NCBI RefSeq assembly: GCF_009914755.1
Contig: NC_060933.1
Strand: one strand, 5' to 3'
Length of the DNA stretch: 64,000 nt
Source: the human T2T-CHM13v2.0 reference genome, Homo sapiens
The notes under the pieces were generated by a model, which saw only the letters and a list, made by a program, of their open reading frames with translations, was not told the origin of the DNA and ran no database searches. Made by a program: the position numbers and the translations under genes. Of this stretch, positions 26,041-39,370 are shown piece by piece; within the stretch, counting starts at the first letter, position 1; each line of letters opens with the position of its first letter.

Positions 26041-26274
26041 TTAGAATCATGATCCCTGAAGCCACACCAATTTAGGGCTACTAAGTTCATCTTGAATAAA
26101 TGAGTTGCCTGAGTTGCTCTGAGCTTGTTTTTCTCTTCTATCGAAAGGCATTACTTACACCTGCTTTGTCCACCTCCAGGAGTTGTTATGGGGCTCTGAT
26201 TAGAATATAGAGCAAATCACAGAGCCTCCTGCTAACAGGTGTGCAGACAAGCGCTAAGATGAAATGGGCCAAAT

Positions 26275-26572
26275 ACGAGAGTCAGGAAACTTGTGTGCTG
26301 GTTTTACCTGTGACATAAACCAGCAGTATGAATTTGGGTAAGTTCCTTATCTCTCTGGATTTAAATATCTTTAACTTAAAATTTGGGGATTTGACTGGGT
26401 CTGTTAATGTCTTTGTAGTCATTAGACCGCTTTAAGAGACTGAGGAAAGCTAGGTACTTTTACTGCCCTCCTCAATGTCCGGAAGTTCGTAATTTCCCTA
26501 CAAGTCTACCTCCAGATATCAGGATAAGAACTCCTGGTTTAGATCATCTTCAAGGTGATATCCAACTCTTCA
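26275..26572 (+). mobile_element. MIR3 interrupted by a small hAT-Charlie MER (~26396-26536)
   Basis: MIR core, then accgctttaagagactgaggaaagcta...caggataagaactcctg, then MIR3 tail tagatcatcttcaagg. Confidence 0.55.
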
Positions 26573-27364
26573 ACTGATTGAAAAGAGGGGCTGCAATCTC
26601 AGTTGGAAAAGACAATTCTGTGTATCAAGCAGATGTGCGTCTTTCTTTGGTTTAAATCTCTTTCCCAGAAATATCATGCATGTTTCTCATTATCTCCTTC
26701 CTCTGGACTACTTCTCTTTTCTTCTTTTTTTCCCTCTACCACCTCATCATTCCTCCGCTACGGGTAGTCAAGTATGGATGTGATTGAAGTTGGGTTTCCA
26801 TCTGTGTTAGCGGCAGGAAGTGTTACTATCATGGAAATAGTTGGGACATATATCATCTCTTATCTGCACCTCCAAGAACTTAAATGATTTCTTTCCCCCA
26901 ACCAAAATAAATCAAAGGAGAGGAATCTTAATTATAGTCACCAGGTGGTGAATTTAATACATCCACATGAGTCTCTGTGCTGGCAGTGTTGTCAGATGAG
27001 CTTGTCTCTCCAGGCAGGAGGATAATGGGATTGTGAGAGTCTGGAGAGGAAGAACTCTGGGGATTATAACAGCAGCTCCCTGGTGGCAAGGAAACAGCCA
27101 GGCAAGTTCTGTTAAATATAAAGGCCAGGGAAACATTGCCTCATGTCAGGGTGTCAGGGTTGTCTCCACTCATGCTCTATCGTGAATGGTTTCAGCAAGG
27201 GATTCATAGGAGCTTCTCACATAGGCATTGCCCACCCAAGTCTGAGATGGGGGCTACACATCAATAATTTCCCCCCATCTATCAGTTTGAAGCAGTGGAC
27301 AAAGCTCTAACTTGGACCACAGAGTGATCTGGACTTATATCTACTCTTACAGTTAATTGTTAAA

Positions 27365-28325
27365 GTTTTTCAATTGATGAATATTTATTGGATGCCTAGT
27401 ACATGCTAGACACTGTTCTAAATAGCATGGATATATCAGCAAAATAATAGAGATTTAGAGATAAGTGAAACATACACTTAACCTATTACCTAGTAACAAT
27501 TCTACTTCTAGGTGTTTATCTAATAAAAATGAAAATATATATTCACAAAAAGACTTGTGCACAATGTTCATAGTGGCTCTGTTTATAGTAGCCCCAACCT
27601 AGAAACAACCTAAATGTTCATCAACAGGTCAGTAGATTAATTGTGATATATTCATCACAATGGAATAGTATTTACTAATAAAAAGAAACAAACAACTAAT
27701 CATTAGAAGAATGTGAATGAATCTTGAAATTATATTCAATGAACGGAGCCAGACACAAAAAAATTACTTTTTGTATACTTCAATTTTTATGAATTTGAGA
27801 AGAGGAAAACTAATCTATAGTTATAGAAAGCAGATCAATGTGTTGTGTAGGATGAGGAGTGGGCCTCAGAGAACTTTTGGGGGTGACCAAAAATATTCTA
27901 TATCCGATCACAGTATATTTATTTTTCAAAACCTCATGAAAATATGCACTAAAATGAGTAAATGCATTATAATTTTATGTAAAGTATAATTTGGTAGAAC
28001 TAGAAAAAAGGGGGAAATTTATTCCCAGTGCACATAAAGCTTACGTTCTAGGGTTGCCAAAAAATAAAACAAATTTAAAACATAATAGTGTAGCAGCTTG
28101 CAATATGATGAAAAACATTGTTTAAGGGCTTAGCGAATTGCAGGAGAGGCAGAGTTGCTTTTTATATTAGAGAAGGCCTCTCGGATAAGCTGACATTTGA
28201 GAAGGCCCCAGTGCATATCAGACGAAGAGAGGTGCAAGTGCAAAGACCCTGGGGCAGTGGCATATTTGTCCTAATCAAGGAAAGGTAAATAGGTTGGTAT
28301 GGCCAAGTAGAGTGGGCAAAGTGAA
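27365..28325 (-). mobile_element. L2 split by an L1M insertion
   Basis: gaatatttattggatgcctagtacatgctagacactgttcta; resumes ~28020 with agagaaggcctctcggataagctgacatttgag...gtgcaaagaccctggggc. Confidence 0.75.
27460..27995 (+). mobile_element. L1ME/MD-like 3' fragment
   Basis: aatgaaaatatatattcacaaaaagacttgtgcacaatgttcatag...aaaactaatctatagttatagaaagcagatca. Confidence 0.88.
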
Positions 28326-29389
28326 ACGCAGTGGGTATAACTGTTTTATGAATGAGAATGAAACTTTGAAAATCTAAGTAGCATGTAAGGTCAAACATCT
28401 AGGTATAAGATTCCTTAAATCTATCTGATCAGAAAACTATTACCCATCACACAATATTTTCTCTATCCACCCCTGCTCCCTGCTCATAGTCCAAACACGA
28501 AAGTGAAGCAGCAAGCAGCCCATGACAAATATGTGCACTGCCAGCTAATGAATATTGGAGAACATGACACGTTGGAGAGCCCAGTGGGTCTTGAAAGTCT
28601 GAGTTCCAGCAAATTCTCATGTCTGCATCGACTGCAGCAAGGTCAAAAGTTGGAAAGCAGGGATATTCGGTGAGTTCTGAGCCTCCAACACAGAGGCCAG
28701 GGGAATTCTTGCAGCTGGCCAAAAGTGAGAAGTTGCTCAGCTCAGATTTGGAGCTTTCTACTGCTTTTGTGGAGATGCCATTAGGCAAATGAGCAGGTCT
28801 GAGAGAGGCCGATAAGGCACAGGGGGAGAATGTGCTGGTCTTTCCAGAGAAGGTCATTTGAAGCAGCCACAGAATAATAAAGCTGCTGGCCTGAGATAGG
28901 AAGGGCCTTGAAAAATAACCAAATGAGGGCCTCTTCCCTAATTCCTTGGAGCTGAATTTTATCAGGAAGGCCACTTGTGCTTACAGAAAACTGTAATCAC
29001 TCACGGTGGGACACAAATTCCCAGCGAGACTGCAGTTGCAGATCAGGTCTAAACGTTCAGGATCCTGTCTAAAGACATGTTTCTCACTGTGAGGCCTGCC
29101 TGTTCTGTCCTTACAGCTTCTTTAGAGTTTCCTAAGCATCTGAACCATCTGAAAATCGTGCTTGCCAAAGACTATTCCTTTCTCCCAGAAGGATTAAGCT
29201 TTGAATAATTCCTTGGGGAGGCCACACTGGCTACCCCTTCTTCCATCCCTCCAGCTTCAATAAGCATGAATCGGGGGCCCGTGGTCACCTGCCCACCCTG
29301 TCTCTCAGGATTAATGGTTGGAAACCTCGGAGTTAGGAGTACTGGCTCCTCGAATTTTCTTCTCTTTTTGAGCTCTATTTTTCTCTTGG

Positions 29390-29920
29390 GCAGTGGAAAA
29401 ATCATTGGCTTTGGAACTGGAAGACTTTAATTCTAATTCTGGCTCTTTCTTATATTTCTTTTATTTATTTATTTAACTTTACCTAAGTAATGACTTTTAA
29501 CTGGCATTCAGTTTTCTCATTTTTGAAGGGGAGATTATAACTTTAATTCATAGGGCTACAGAAAGGTCAATTTTGATAATAATTTTTAGGTGCTTCATAT
29601 AGTATTTGATACATACTTGTAGCCCTAGACATACTGGACTGCTTTTATTTCTCAGACTTACTAGGCTTTCTCTGGTTCCAAGACTCCTCTCACTCCTGTG
29701 CCATTGCTTTCTGTTCTTCACGCCCCACCACTTCCCTTCTTCTGGTTCTCATTGACTCATCTTTTTCATGTAAACTTAGACATCATTTCCCCTTGGAAAT
29801 CTTGCTTGATCATTTCCCTCTCTAGGCTCCCAAAGTACCCTGTTCTTCCCCAGTATAGCTTTTATGAAAATGATAATTTACTTGTCTGAGACGCAATCCA
29901 TGAGAACAAGGGCTCCATCA
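29390..29920 (+). mobile_element. MIR (~29390-29620) followed by L2 remnant (~29620-29920)
   Basis: MIR core cattcagttttctcatt; L2 motifs catactggactgc and ccatgagaacaagggc. Confidence 0.55.
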
Positions 29921-30929
29921 GTCATGGACTGATGTCGATCTTACTTATTTTCCTAGTTTATGTAACTTTTCTATGTTTTGTCTGCTTTGTCAGCCTTTGA
30001 CTCCCTTAATCAAATCGTCCACATCCCCATGAGTTAAGTTGTATTAATCAGGTTATACAAATAAAGAATTGACATTCAAAGAGATTAAGGAACTTACTGA
30101 AATTATAGGAGTTATTAGATAAAGCTTACAATTTGTTTCCAGTTCTAATTCCAAATAATAAAAATAAGCATTCTTTAAAAAGTTGTTACATGCAACACAG
30201 TGTACTAAGCATTTATATTACAACCGTGCATTATGGGTGTTACCAAAATCTGCATTTTATAGATGTGTCTGTAACCTCTCAGTGAAATTAAAGAACCCAC
30301 ACAAGAACAAATGGAGAGGAGGACATGGATTAAATTCAGTTCTATTAGACTATGCAGCCCATGTCCCTCACTAGAGAATCATGTTCTGTTACACATTCTT
30401 TCAAAGTCTCAGTAAGTTTCATTGCACCAAAAAAATTCTTTCCATGCCCCAGTTACAGTTTTGCTGCTTTAATTAATAAATAAATTGATTTTCTTTTTTG
30501 CCATTCTCCATAGATACAAATTTCCTGCTCAGTATTCCTATAAACAAAATCAATGACACTGGAATGTGTTTGCCAAGATATTGGAAGGTTTTGCTAAAAA
30601 TTCCATGAAATGGGAAATTGCTGGTTAATGAATGAACGGCAGAGAAGGGACCCACAATCTCTGTCAAAAGGTTAACTCTCAAATCTTATTACAATCTTAT
30701 TTTCAGAGAAGAGGATGGCAAAAATAAGAGGGTTTTAACTCTTACATGTGGAGGAATTTTACAGGATTTAGGATTGTTAGCTAAGAGAAGGAAACTGTCT
30801 TTTTATGTATGTGTGTATTCTTGTGTAAGACTGTGAGTTTAGTGATGTCAGAGAAGTTAGTCAGTTAGTTGTCTTTAAATATCAGAAACCGATAAGTGGG
30901 AGAAATGAGGATTCTGGTCTTTTCTTAAT

Positions 30930-31190
30930 AAAAGGAAATGCTTTAAATCAATTGGAGCACCTACTCCACGTAGAATGGCTTCTGAAACCATGAAGCCATT
31001 CATGGAAATATTCAAGCAGAGTTTACCTGAGAATCCATAAATAGTTTGGATTCTCCCAAACTGAAATCCATTTGAGATGAGAGAAGTAGAGAAGATACAT
31101 AACTTTGTGAGGTTAGTAGACATTCCAAGACATCTAGTCACCCTATACACACTCTTTTTTCAGGTTCCTTCCAATTCTAAGATTCCATTA
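30930..31190 (+). mobile_element. L3/CR1 3' remnant
   Basis: ggaaatattcaagcagag ... aggttccttccaattctaagattcc. Confidence 0.55.
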
Positions 31191-31319
31191 TTGTACGAAT
31201 CTAATTTAGCAACTTTTAACGATATTGTGTATAATAAATTTTGATAAATTGGCTAGAAGAAAAAAGTGAGAAATTACCTATTTTTAAAAGCATCATGGAC
31301 CCTTAAATACATATTTTCT

Positions 31320-32073
31320 TGACTAGTCTATTGATAGGTTGTCTGGAAGATGTCTAATGTCTCACATGTCTAGCAGTTCTTTGGGGCAGTTGGCTCAGAT
31401 ACCTTGTGTATTAGGCTATTCTTCTATTGCTATAACGAAATAACTGGGAGTGAATAATTTATAAAGAAAAAGGTTTAATTGGCTCATGGTTTTGCAGGGT
31501 GTACAGAAAGCATGGCACTGGCATTTGCCTCTGGTAAGGTCTCAGATAGCTTACAATCATGGCACAAGGTGAGGGGGGAACAGACGCATCACAGCATAGA
31601 AGAGGGAGCAAAAGACAGTGGGGGGGTGGGTGGGAGGTGCTACACACTTAAACAACCATATCTGGCAAGAACTCACTCAGTGTCCCGAGGACAGCACCAG
31701 CACATGAGGGATCCTCCCCCATGACCCAAACACCTCCCACCAGGCCCCATTTGGGCAGGGACAGATATCCAAACTACATCACTTTGATTTTGCATGCAAC
31801 CTGTCCACATGGCTAGCTCAGGCTTCCATACATGACAATTGGGTTATAAGAGATTGTGAATGGAAGCCGCCAGCTGTCTCAAGGGCCTCTTTAGAATTTG
31901 CACATCATGCAGTCTATTGGTCCAAGCATGTCACAAAGCTAGATCATATTTAAAAGGGTTCAACATTTCAAAGGGTGCAGAAATAGACTCTACCTCCTGC
32001 TAGAAAAATGGTCAGTGTTACATTGCATAAAAGGATGAGAGAAATTTGTGGCCACATTTTGAAATCTGCCACA
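31320..32073 (-). mobile_element. MLT1H-like LTR interrupted by MST
   Basis: tccacatggctagctcaggcttcc...aaatagactctacctc...gaaatctgccaca terminus. Confidence 0.75.
31407..31781 (-). mobile_element. MSTB-like MaLR solo LTR
   Basis: tgtattagg...ataatttataaagaaaaaggtttaattggctcatgg...aaactacatca; TSD CCTTG/CTTTG. Confidence 0.92.
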
Positions 32074-32179
32074 CTTCAGAAGGGACATTTCTTTAGCATC
32101 TTACTTAAATTCTTGTGGACTTTGTACCAATAAAAATAATGATCATTTATGCTATACTCAAGCATGTTTAAAAAAAGAC

Positions 32180-33660
32180 TCCCAATTTTTCCCTCCCTTT
32201 AGGCCCAGGAAACTACCATTCTACTCTCTGCTTCTATGAGTTTGACTATTTTAGATTTCTCATGTAAGTGGTGTCTTGCAGTATTTATCTTTCTGTATCT
32301 GGCTTATTTCACTCAGCATATTGACCTCCCGTTGACTCCATGTTGTTGCAAATTGCAGGATGTTTTTAAGGCTGAAAAATATTTCACTGTATGTATATGC
32401 CATATTTTCATTAGCTGTTCATCTGTCAATGGACATTTAATCTCCAATGTCTTCGTTATTGTGAATAATGCTATAATGAACAAGGGCGCGCAGATATCTT
32501 TTGGAGATTCTGATTTAAATTCCATAGGTATATACTCAGAAGTGGGATTGCTAGATCATGTAATAGTTTTATTTATTTATTTTTAGGAAATTCCATACCA
32601 TTTCTGTAGTGACCACATCAATTGATATTCCCACCACCAATGCACAGGGGTTCTGATTTCCCTACATTCTTGGCAACACAAGCCATCATTGTCTTCTTGA
32701 TAATAACCATTCTAACAGGTATTCAGTAATATCTCATTGTGATTTTGATTTGCATTTCTCCATTAGTGATGTTGAGAAACTTTTCATATACCTGTTGCTG
32801 TTGGCCATTTGTATATCTTCTTTGGAGAAATGTCAAGTCATTTGCTTTGCACATTTAAAGAATCAGATTATTTGTTTTTTTGCTATGGAGCTGTATTACT
32901 TTGTTGTAGATTTTTGGATATTAACCCTTTATCAGATATATGGTTTACAATTAGTTTCTCCCATTCTGTAGGTTGCCTTGTAATATTCTGGATTGCTTCC
33001 TTTGCTGCGAAGAGGCTTTTTGGTTTGATGTAATCACACTTGTTTATTTTTGCTTTTTTTTTTGCCTGTGTTTTTGGTGTCATATGCAAGAAATCATTGC
33101 CAAGGCCAATGTCAAGAAGCATTTTTCCTATGTTTTCTTCTAGGAGTTTTATGATTTCAGGTCTTAGATTTATGTTTTTAGTTTACTTTATGTTTTTGGT
33201 GATTTTTGTGCATGGCATAAGGATTCAATTTCATTTGTTCTTTTGCATGTTCATATCCAGCTTTCCCAGTGCCATTTATTAAAGGGACTGTTCTTTTCCC
33301 ATTGTATATTATTGGAACCTTCATAAAAAAATCAATTAACTGTATATACATGGGTTTATTTCTGGGTTCTTTATTCTGATGAATTGGTATATATATATCT
33401 GGACTCTTTATTCTGATGAATTGGTCTACCATGCTGTTTTGATTACTGTAACTTTGTAATATATTTTGAAGTCAGAAAATAGAATGCCTCCAGCTTTATC
33501 CTTCTTGCTGAAAATTTATTTGGCCATTTCTTTCTTGGTTCCGTGTGTATTTTAGGATTGTTTCTTTTATTTCTGTAAAAAATGTCTTTGGGATGTTGAT
33601 GGGAGTTTCTTTGAATCTGTAGATTGCTTTAGTAGTATGGACATTTTAACAACATTAATT
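32180..33660 (-). mobile_element. L1MA/MB fragment (ORF2 C-terminus and 3'UTR)
   Basis: Minus-strand ORFs give L1 ORF2-like peptides LLDIGLGNDF...RQPTEWEK...SDKGLISK and KDICAPLFIIALFTI. Confidence 0.95.
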
Positions 33661-33739
33661 AATGTATTTTTTCTAGTTTTCAGAGTTATTTCATATCTAA
33701 TTACTTTCCCTTTGATTTTCATAGCACCATCTCATATTA

Positions 33740-33870
33740 AGTGACTTAGGGAAAGTTGTTTCATACATTTGAGCTACAGAGTCCTCATTCATAAAATGGA
33801 GAACATTCTTGCCCTATCTATAACTTTGAGCTGTTGAAAATCTAATGGGATAATAAAGGAATGATTAGAA
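33740..33870 (+). mobile_element. MIR fragment
   Basis: gtgacttagggaaagttg...tcctcattcataaaatggaga. Confidence 0.65.
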
Positions 33871-36057
33871 GTGCCCAATATTATGCTATTTCAGTGACTC
33901 TTTACATCAAGCATCAAGAAAGGAAGTTCTATGTGATCATATTTCCTGAACACCAAATTTTCACAAAAGATTTATGAACTACTTCAGTGTATGAGCCTTC
34001 AATATAGTTTAGATTTTGAAATGCTTGATTTTCTGGAATATTGTATTGGTTTATTAGATAAAATAATTGAAATCTGAAGTTGAGATTGTTGCAGAGAGTC
34101 TAGTTGATTTGATTACCATGCCATGGCAGAAGGGCTCCACTCTATTTCATGTCGACTGAAGTTGAACAGTATGAAAACACATAGTATTTAAACTTTAGCA
34201 CCCTGGGGGATTGGGGAGGGGGGAAAAGTTTATAACATACTTCTGCAGTTTGTATACCCACCCATTTGCTATTCTTCGTAGTAACATTCTTTAAAGAATT
34301 TTTACGTTCCTTAGGGAAAGAGTTTCAGGAACAGAAAGGAATCATGGGGGAGAATTATCATTTATTCTACACCTCTTCTGTCCCCAACATTGTTTCTAGG
34401 ATGTGTCACTAAATCTCAGTGAAGGTGTTGTGAATGGGACACATAAGGTCACTGACACTTACTGAAAGGCTCAGTTAGTGTCAGATTACAGATTTAAATT
34501 TAGGTCTTCTAAAACCAAAGTCCTATCTACCCAGTATACAATGCTGTGTTGCCAAAAAACAAGGGTCTTCGAGATGTAACCCTCTTATAGAAAAGAAATC
34601 CCATTTGTTACCCTCTTGTACAAAAGAAATCCCAAGAGACTGAGTATGAAATTATTAGTGTGAGGAGAAGGAATCATAGTGAATCCTTTGGGATCTGTGC
34701 AAAGAACAAAGGAGGTGCTTAGCGACCCACTCTGAGCTATAGAGGCTGACTTAGCAGCAGAGAAAATAATCAAAGGCTGCTTCCATTCCTTAGAACGACC
34801 TCTCATCAATAATCCAGTGGTTACACAGTATCTGAAACTTTCTCTTTTTTCTTTCTGCATTGTAGAGAAGTAAAAGAGAAAAACATTTCTGAACAGAGAA
34901 CTTCCCTAGTTCTATGGGCAACATACATATTTCACTTTTTAAAAGCTGCCGACAAATAGCAAGATTCATTTTAGCACTGGCATACCATAAATTTATTTGC
35001 TTGTTAATGCAGCATCCCCAGTTCATGTTTTTGCTAACTAGAAACATGAAAATGTCAATCTGCCCTAAGGGATGTATCAACCTCATGATCTGAACTTGGT
35101 AACAAGATGAGAGTATGGCCTGCTCAAGAGCACGTGCTGTCTCAAGAATCAAGGCACATTGGAATCTTAATATTAGAGACTCCTACAGCAAAATATAAGA
35201 GTTACAGAAGTAAGAGTTGTAGAATCATTGACTAATAGACAATTAGTGGAAGATAAAACTTTAGGATTTATCCTGACATATTTTACCTTTATTTTGGTAA
35301 AGCCTCCTTTTATATCCTACTGATATTGAGGGACAGATGGATTTGAAGTCTGCATTATGTTAACATGATAATGAGCATCCCAGCCCACTGGAAGAGAGAA
35401 AGAGGAGAGCATGGTAGAGTGGCATAATTCAATTTGGCATTGAGAGGCTCTAGATACAAAACGAAGTCGTAAATATTGACATGATCTCACTATTATCACT
35501 GTAGCAGGGGGTTTTGTTTAAGTATGGGTTTTTCTATCTCTTTCTTATTTTGGCTGAATGCCATTGCTTTTCCTTTTGAGAATGTTCCCTCTCCAAGTCC
35601 CTGACAATGTTGTCTACCGGGGCCTATCCAATCCCCAGTCCCCAGTCTGACAATTGGCTTATTCCATCTCCCTAGTTCCAGTTTATGAATAAGCTTATAA
35701 CCCCAGTTAAGTGAAAGTGAACAATGGACTTTGCTAAAACATATAGAAAGAAAAAAGGTGCTTTTTTTCCCCCTTTATTTTCCTTGCAGTTGCTGATCTA
35801 GTAAGGTGGTAACCTGATATGGTAGTAACCTGGCCATCTTGTAATAAGAGCCTTGCTGAGAAAGAAAGAAGCTTTCAGAAAGAGAAACAGAACCAACATG
35901 TTGAAAGACAAAGGCATGATGAGGTGAAGATAGGTGTATTCCTCCTTCCTTAGACTCCTGTAGTGAGGCAAGGCAGTGTGGTAGTAAGTTCAGGACAATC
36001 ATCTGTGAGTGGTAAACCCACAATGAGTTGATGAATTGCACAACTGAAAACATAGGT

Positions 36058-36630
36058 GGCTAAAAGTTAAACATGCAATTACCATGTAACCCAGTCATTA
36101 GAATTTTAAGTATTACTCAATAGAAATGAAAGCCTATGTCCATGCAAAGACTTCTATGCAAATATTCATAGCTTCTTTATTCATAACAACCAAAAGCTAG
36201 AAATAAATGTTTATCAGGAAATAAATGGATTAAAATGTTTTTTAAAATCAAGTGAAATACTACTCAGCAATTTAGAGGAATAAATCATTGATACACACAA
36301 CATGAGTGAATCTTAAAATAATTATGCTGAGTAAAACACACAAAAAAGAACAGTTAGGATTCTATTTATTAAAACCTCTGGAAAATGCAAACTAAGTAAT
36401 AGAAAAAACTCAATGATTGTCTGAGGACAGAGGTAAGGGAAATGTTTGAGTTAGGGAGAAATTACAAAGGGATATTACATTTTTGTAGGTGATAGATATG
36501 TTTATTTTCTTGATTGTGGTGGTTGTGATTGTAGTGATACATATGACACAAATTGCATGCATATCAAATTGTATAATTTAAATATGTTTAGTTTGTCGTA
36601 TGTCAATTACGCTGCCATAAAACTGTTAAA
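36058..36630 (+). mobile_element. L1MC/MD-like 3' fragment
   Basis: aaagttaaacatgcaattaccatgtaacccag...gaaatgaaagcctatgtccatgcaaagac...tatgtcaattac. Confidence 0.88.
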
Positions 36631-36724
36631 CATAAGGGAGGTAAAGTCTCTGTTGGCCTGAGTACCCTAGTCGAGCAAAGAACCTCTTCCACTAAGAGCT
36701 GACCCATATCCATATGAGACTTGC

Positions 36725-37192
36725 CACAATATTGTCACATAGCAAATCATTTCAAAATTCAGTTGTTTAAACATTGACCATTTATTGTCACATTTATTGG
36801 TCTGTGGACTGAATGCATCTTGGCTGGGTTAGGCTGGACTCGAGGATCCAGGCTGCAGGTTAGTTTCAGATCTGTTCCAGGTATCTCTTATTCTTAGAGC
36901 AGCAGCCTCAAAGGAAATGAGTTCTGCCCTACATATGCCAACCTGGGGCCAGGTAGATGGGCAATAGCTACCTAGATCATTTTATTTTCATGGTGTGTCA
37001 CAAAAGTGCGGGAGCCGAAGCCAAACCGAATCACCATGTGTTTGGCCTCTGCTCATGTGATGACTGCCAATGTTTGATTGGCCAAAGCTAGTCATAATTA
37101 AGCGCAGCTTTAATGGGGTAAATAATAGACTTAATCATAGTGGGAGGAAAAGGGAAGTGAATTATTTGTTGAACAATAATTTAGACTATCAG
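36725..37192 (-). mobile_element. ERVL-class LTR (LTR33/MLT1-like)
   Basis: ggctgcaggttagtttcagatctgttcca...attggccaaagctagtca...gtgaattatttgttgaacaataat. Confidence 0.7.
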
Positions 37193-37529
37193 CAATATGT
37201 ATCATAAACCAAAAAGCAAATCTTTGAATGTTAGATATTTGTGGGTTATTTATTGCAACTGAGACATGAGAGGCAAGGAAATGTCTCAAATATTTGGAAT
37301 ATTTGGGGACTCTTTATTACAACACATGAATTATTTCCTGTCCTAAAGACATTATCAGATGTACATGAGAATCTAGTGGTACTCAGAAGGTTTAGTTTTG
37401 TCAGGCAAAAAAAAAATTATTTACTTAATCCCATTTGAGTTAAGTTTCTGTTACTTAAACTACAGTTGTCCTTATTGATATCATTGTGGGAAACTATAAT
37501 AATCAAAGAGCAGAGTCTAGCAAAACAAA

Positions 37530-38170
37530 TGATGTCTATCGTTAGTTGAGCAATGACTACTTACCAGTCACTTCACATTAGTTATTTCAGTTAAGTCGCA
37601 TCACCAAGATGCTAGGTTGGTATTATACACTGTTCTCTCATTAAGAGAACTGAAATTCCATGTCTCAAGAAAAAGAGTTGAGAAGCAAAGCCAAATCTGT
37701 TGAAGCCAAGACCTATTCCCTTTCCAGTTTACCATGTTTTTGCTCAGGAGATAATCAATGAAACATGGCACCAGAGGCATTTATGATCTTTCTCTGTGTC
37801 CAGAAAAAGCTAGAGCTAATTTCTTTCTGAGAGATCATCATCTATTCTGTGTTTTTTAAAGCTCTCTCCTCCCATCTTCCTAGATTGATATTACCAGTGC
37901 TTAACTGCACTTAGACCTGAAAATCATTCTTCAGTGTAAACAATATGGTGCATATAGGAAAAGCCATGGATGTGCTGTCCGGAAGTGTGGCTTAGAATCT
38001 CTGATCTTCCATTTAGTGGCTTTGAGACCACGGAAAATCCACATAAACATTTAGTACCTCAGTTTCTTCCTTTACAAAGTGAAAATAAAAGTATCTCCTG
38101 TTAACCTGATTTGACAGTTAAATATGACAAACTGAAAATAAGTTTATAAAGTGCTTTAAAATGTGATGTA
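37530..38170. mobile_element. Two MIR remnants (- ~37530-37740; + ~37940-38170)
   Basis: MIR core cctcagtttcttcctttacaaagtg and antisense counterpart. Confidence 0.6.
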
Positions 38171-38829
38171 GCGTTAATGTAACCATCATAAGTAAAGTCA
38201 CTAATAATGATTCAGAGGGACTAATCTCTATCAGTAGCATTGTAGTTGTTATAACAGGTAGGCGCAGGGAAATTTGTGGCTAGAGGAGGATATTCTTGCC
38301 AAATGGTTCTTAATTTAGACCATATAGACAGAAACTGTCTATGTCTTTATATAAGGCAGTAACTACTGCTACATCAAGAAGACCCTGTGCTGTATCTATC
38401 CCTAAGGTCTCTAATTACCCAGCAGTTTCTCCAGCAATCAGCAGCCCACTCAATGATCATCAAGAGATCTTCCAATACTGGCTGTAAGGTTTTGTTCTTT
38501 CCTCTAAGAAGTCTTTATTAACTCCTCTGCCTCTGCTGAGTCCTGGAGGCCAGGTAGGTGATTAATGGCCTCTGAACTATGATCCAACCAGAAAGGCTGT
38601 TGGTGGAAATTTATACTTAGTGTGGTAAGCTAGAATTATTTCAAACCAGATACTCGACATTCATTGCACAATTTAATTGTAAAGAGTAGTAGTTAACGAG
38701 AGCACAGGGGAAGAGGGTAAAATAGGAGCAGAGAGTCTGGGCTGAAGGCCAGTGCTCTCAGCAGTGAAGTTACATCTGGTATGGATGAATCATGGAGTAG
38801 ACAAATTACAGCACTGGAACAAGGTTTTC

Positions 38830-39370
38830 ATCACCATTATATTTTATCAAGAAGGAAACTAAGGCACACAGAGAGTAATGAGGAAGCATGATCATGATGG
38901 TAACTATGATGATAACAACAACTCCCTTTAGTTTTAGTACCTTCTATAAGTCAAGCTCTAGGTAGGAAACTTGACAAGCACCAAAGCTAATCTCAAATGC
39001 AACATTATAAAGTTAGATATGATTGTCAATATTTTACAGATGAGAAAAATTGAAGTTTAGCAAGATCAAATGACTTGTCCAAAATCATGAAGCATCTTGA
39101 TTCCAGGTATAAACAGGGTCTGTCTGAACTTCAAAATTTTGCTCCTTCTGGTATGTCACTTATGTTGCTTCTACCATTACTCTTTACTGCTACCAGTAAT
39201 GTGGAGTTAACTGTGTGCCAGGTACTCACTCTATGTATACCTTCTCAGTGTTTTCTCCATTTACCAATGAGGAAGCTGAGATTTTGTTTGGGTTATGCGC
39301 CCAAAGCCCTGCGGCAAGCAAGAGGCAGAACTGGAATTTAAAATCCAGTCAGAAGATCCTTCTGACTCCA
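38830..39370 (-). mobile_element. Cluster of three MIR remnants
   Basis: aaggaaactaaggcacacagaga; ttttacagatgagaaaaattgaag...tgacttgtccaa; ccaatgaggaagctgaga. Confidence 0.75.

Larger units (their letters stand above)
35500..37483 (+). mobile_element. Probable MLT1K-like LTR split by later insertions (pieces ~35500-35920 and ~37255-37483)
   Basis: ggccatcttg...gagccttgctgagaaagaa piece; terminal ttaatcccatttgagttaagtttctgttactt...tgatatca. Confidence 0.45.

Noticed and set aside
28447-28974. 175-aa minus-strand ORF as a gene
   Set aside because: GTG start, Ser/Leu-rich, no recognisable domain or promoter; noted only as context for the + strand exon candidate
32236-33432. L1 ORF2-like peptides here and at 60009-62497
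   Set aside because: Frameshifted, truncated remnants of dead L1 copies
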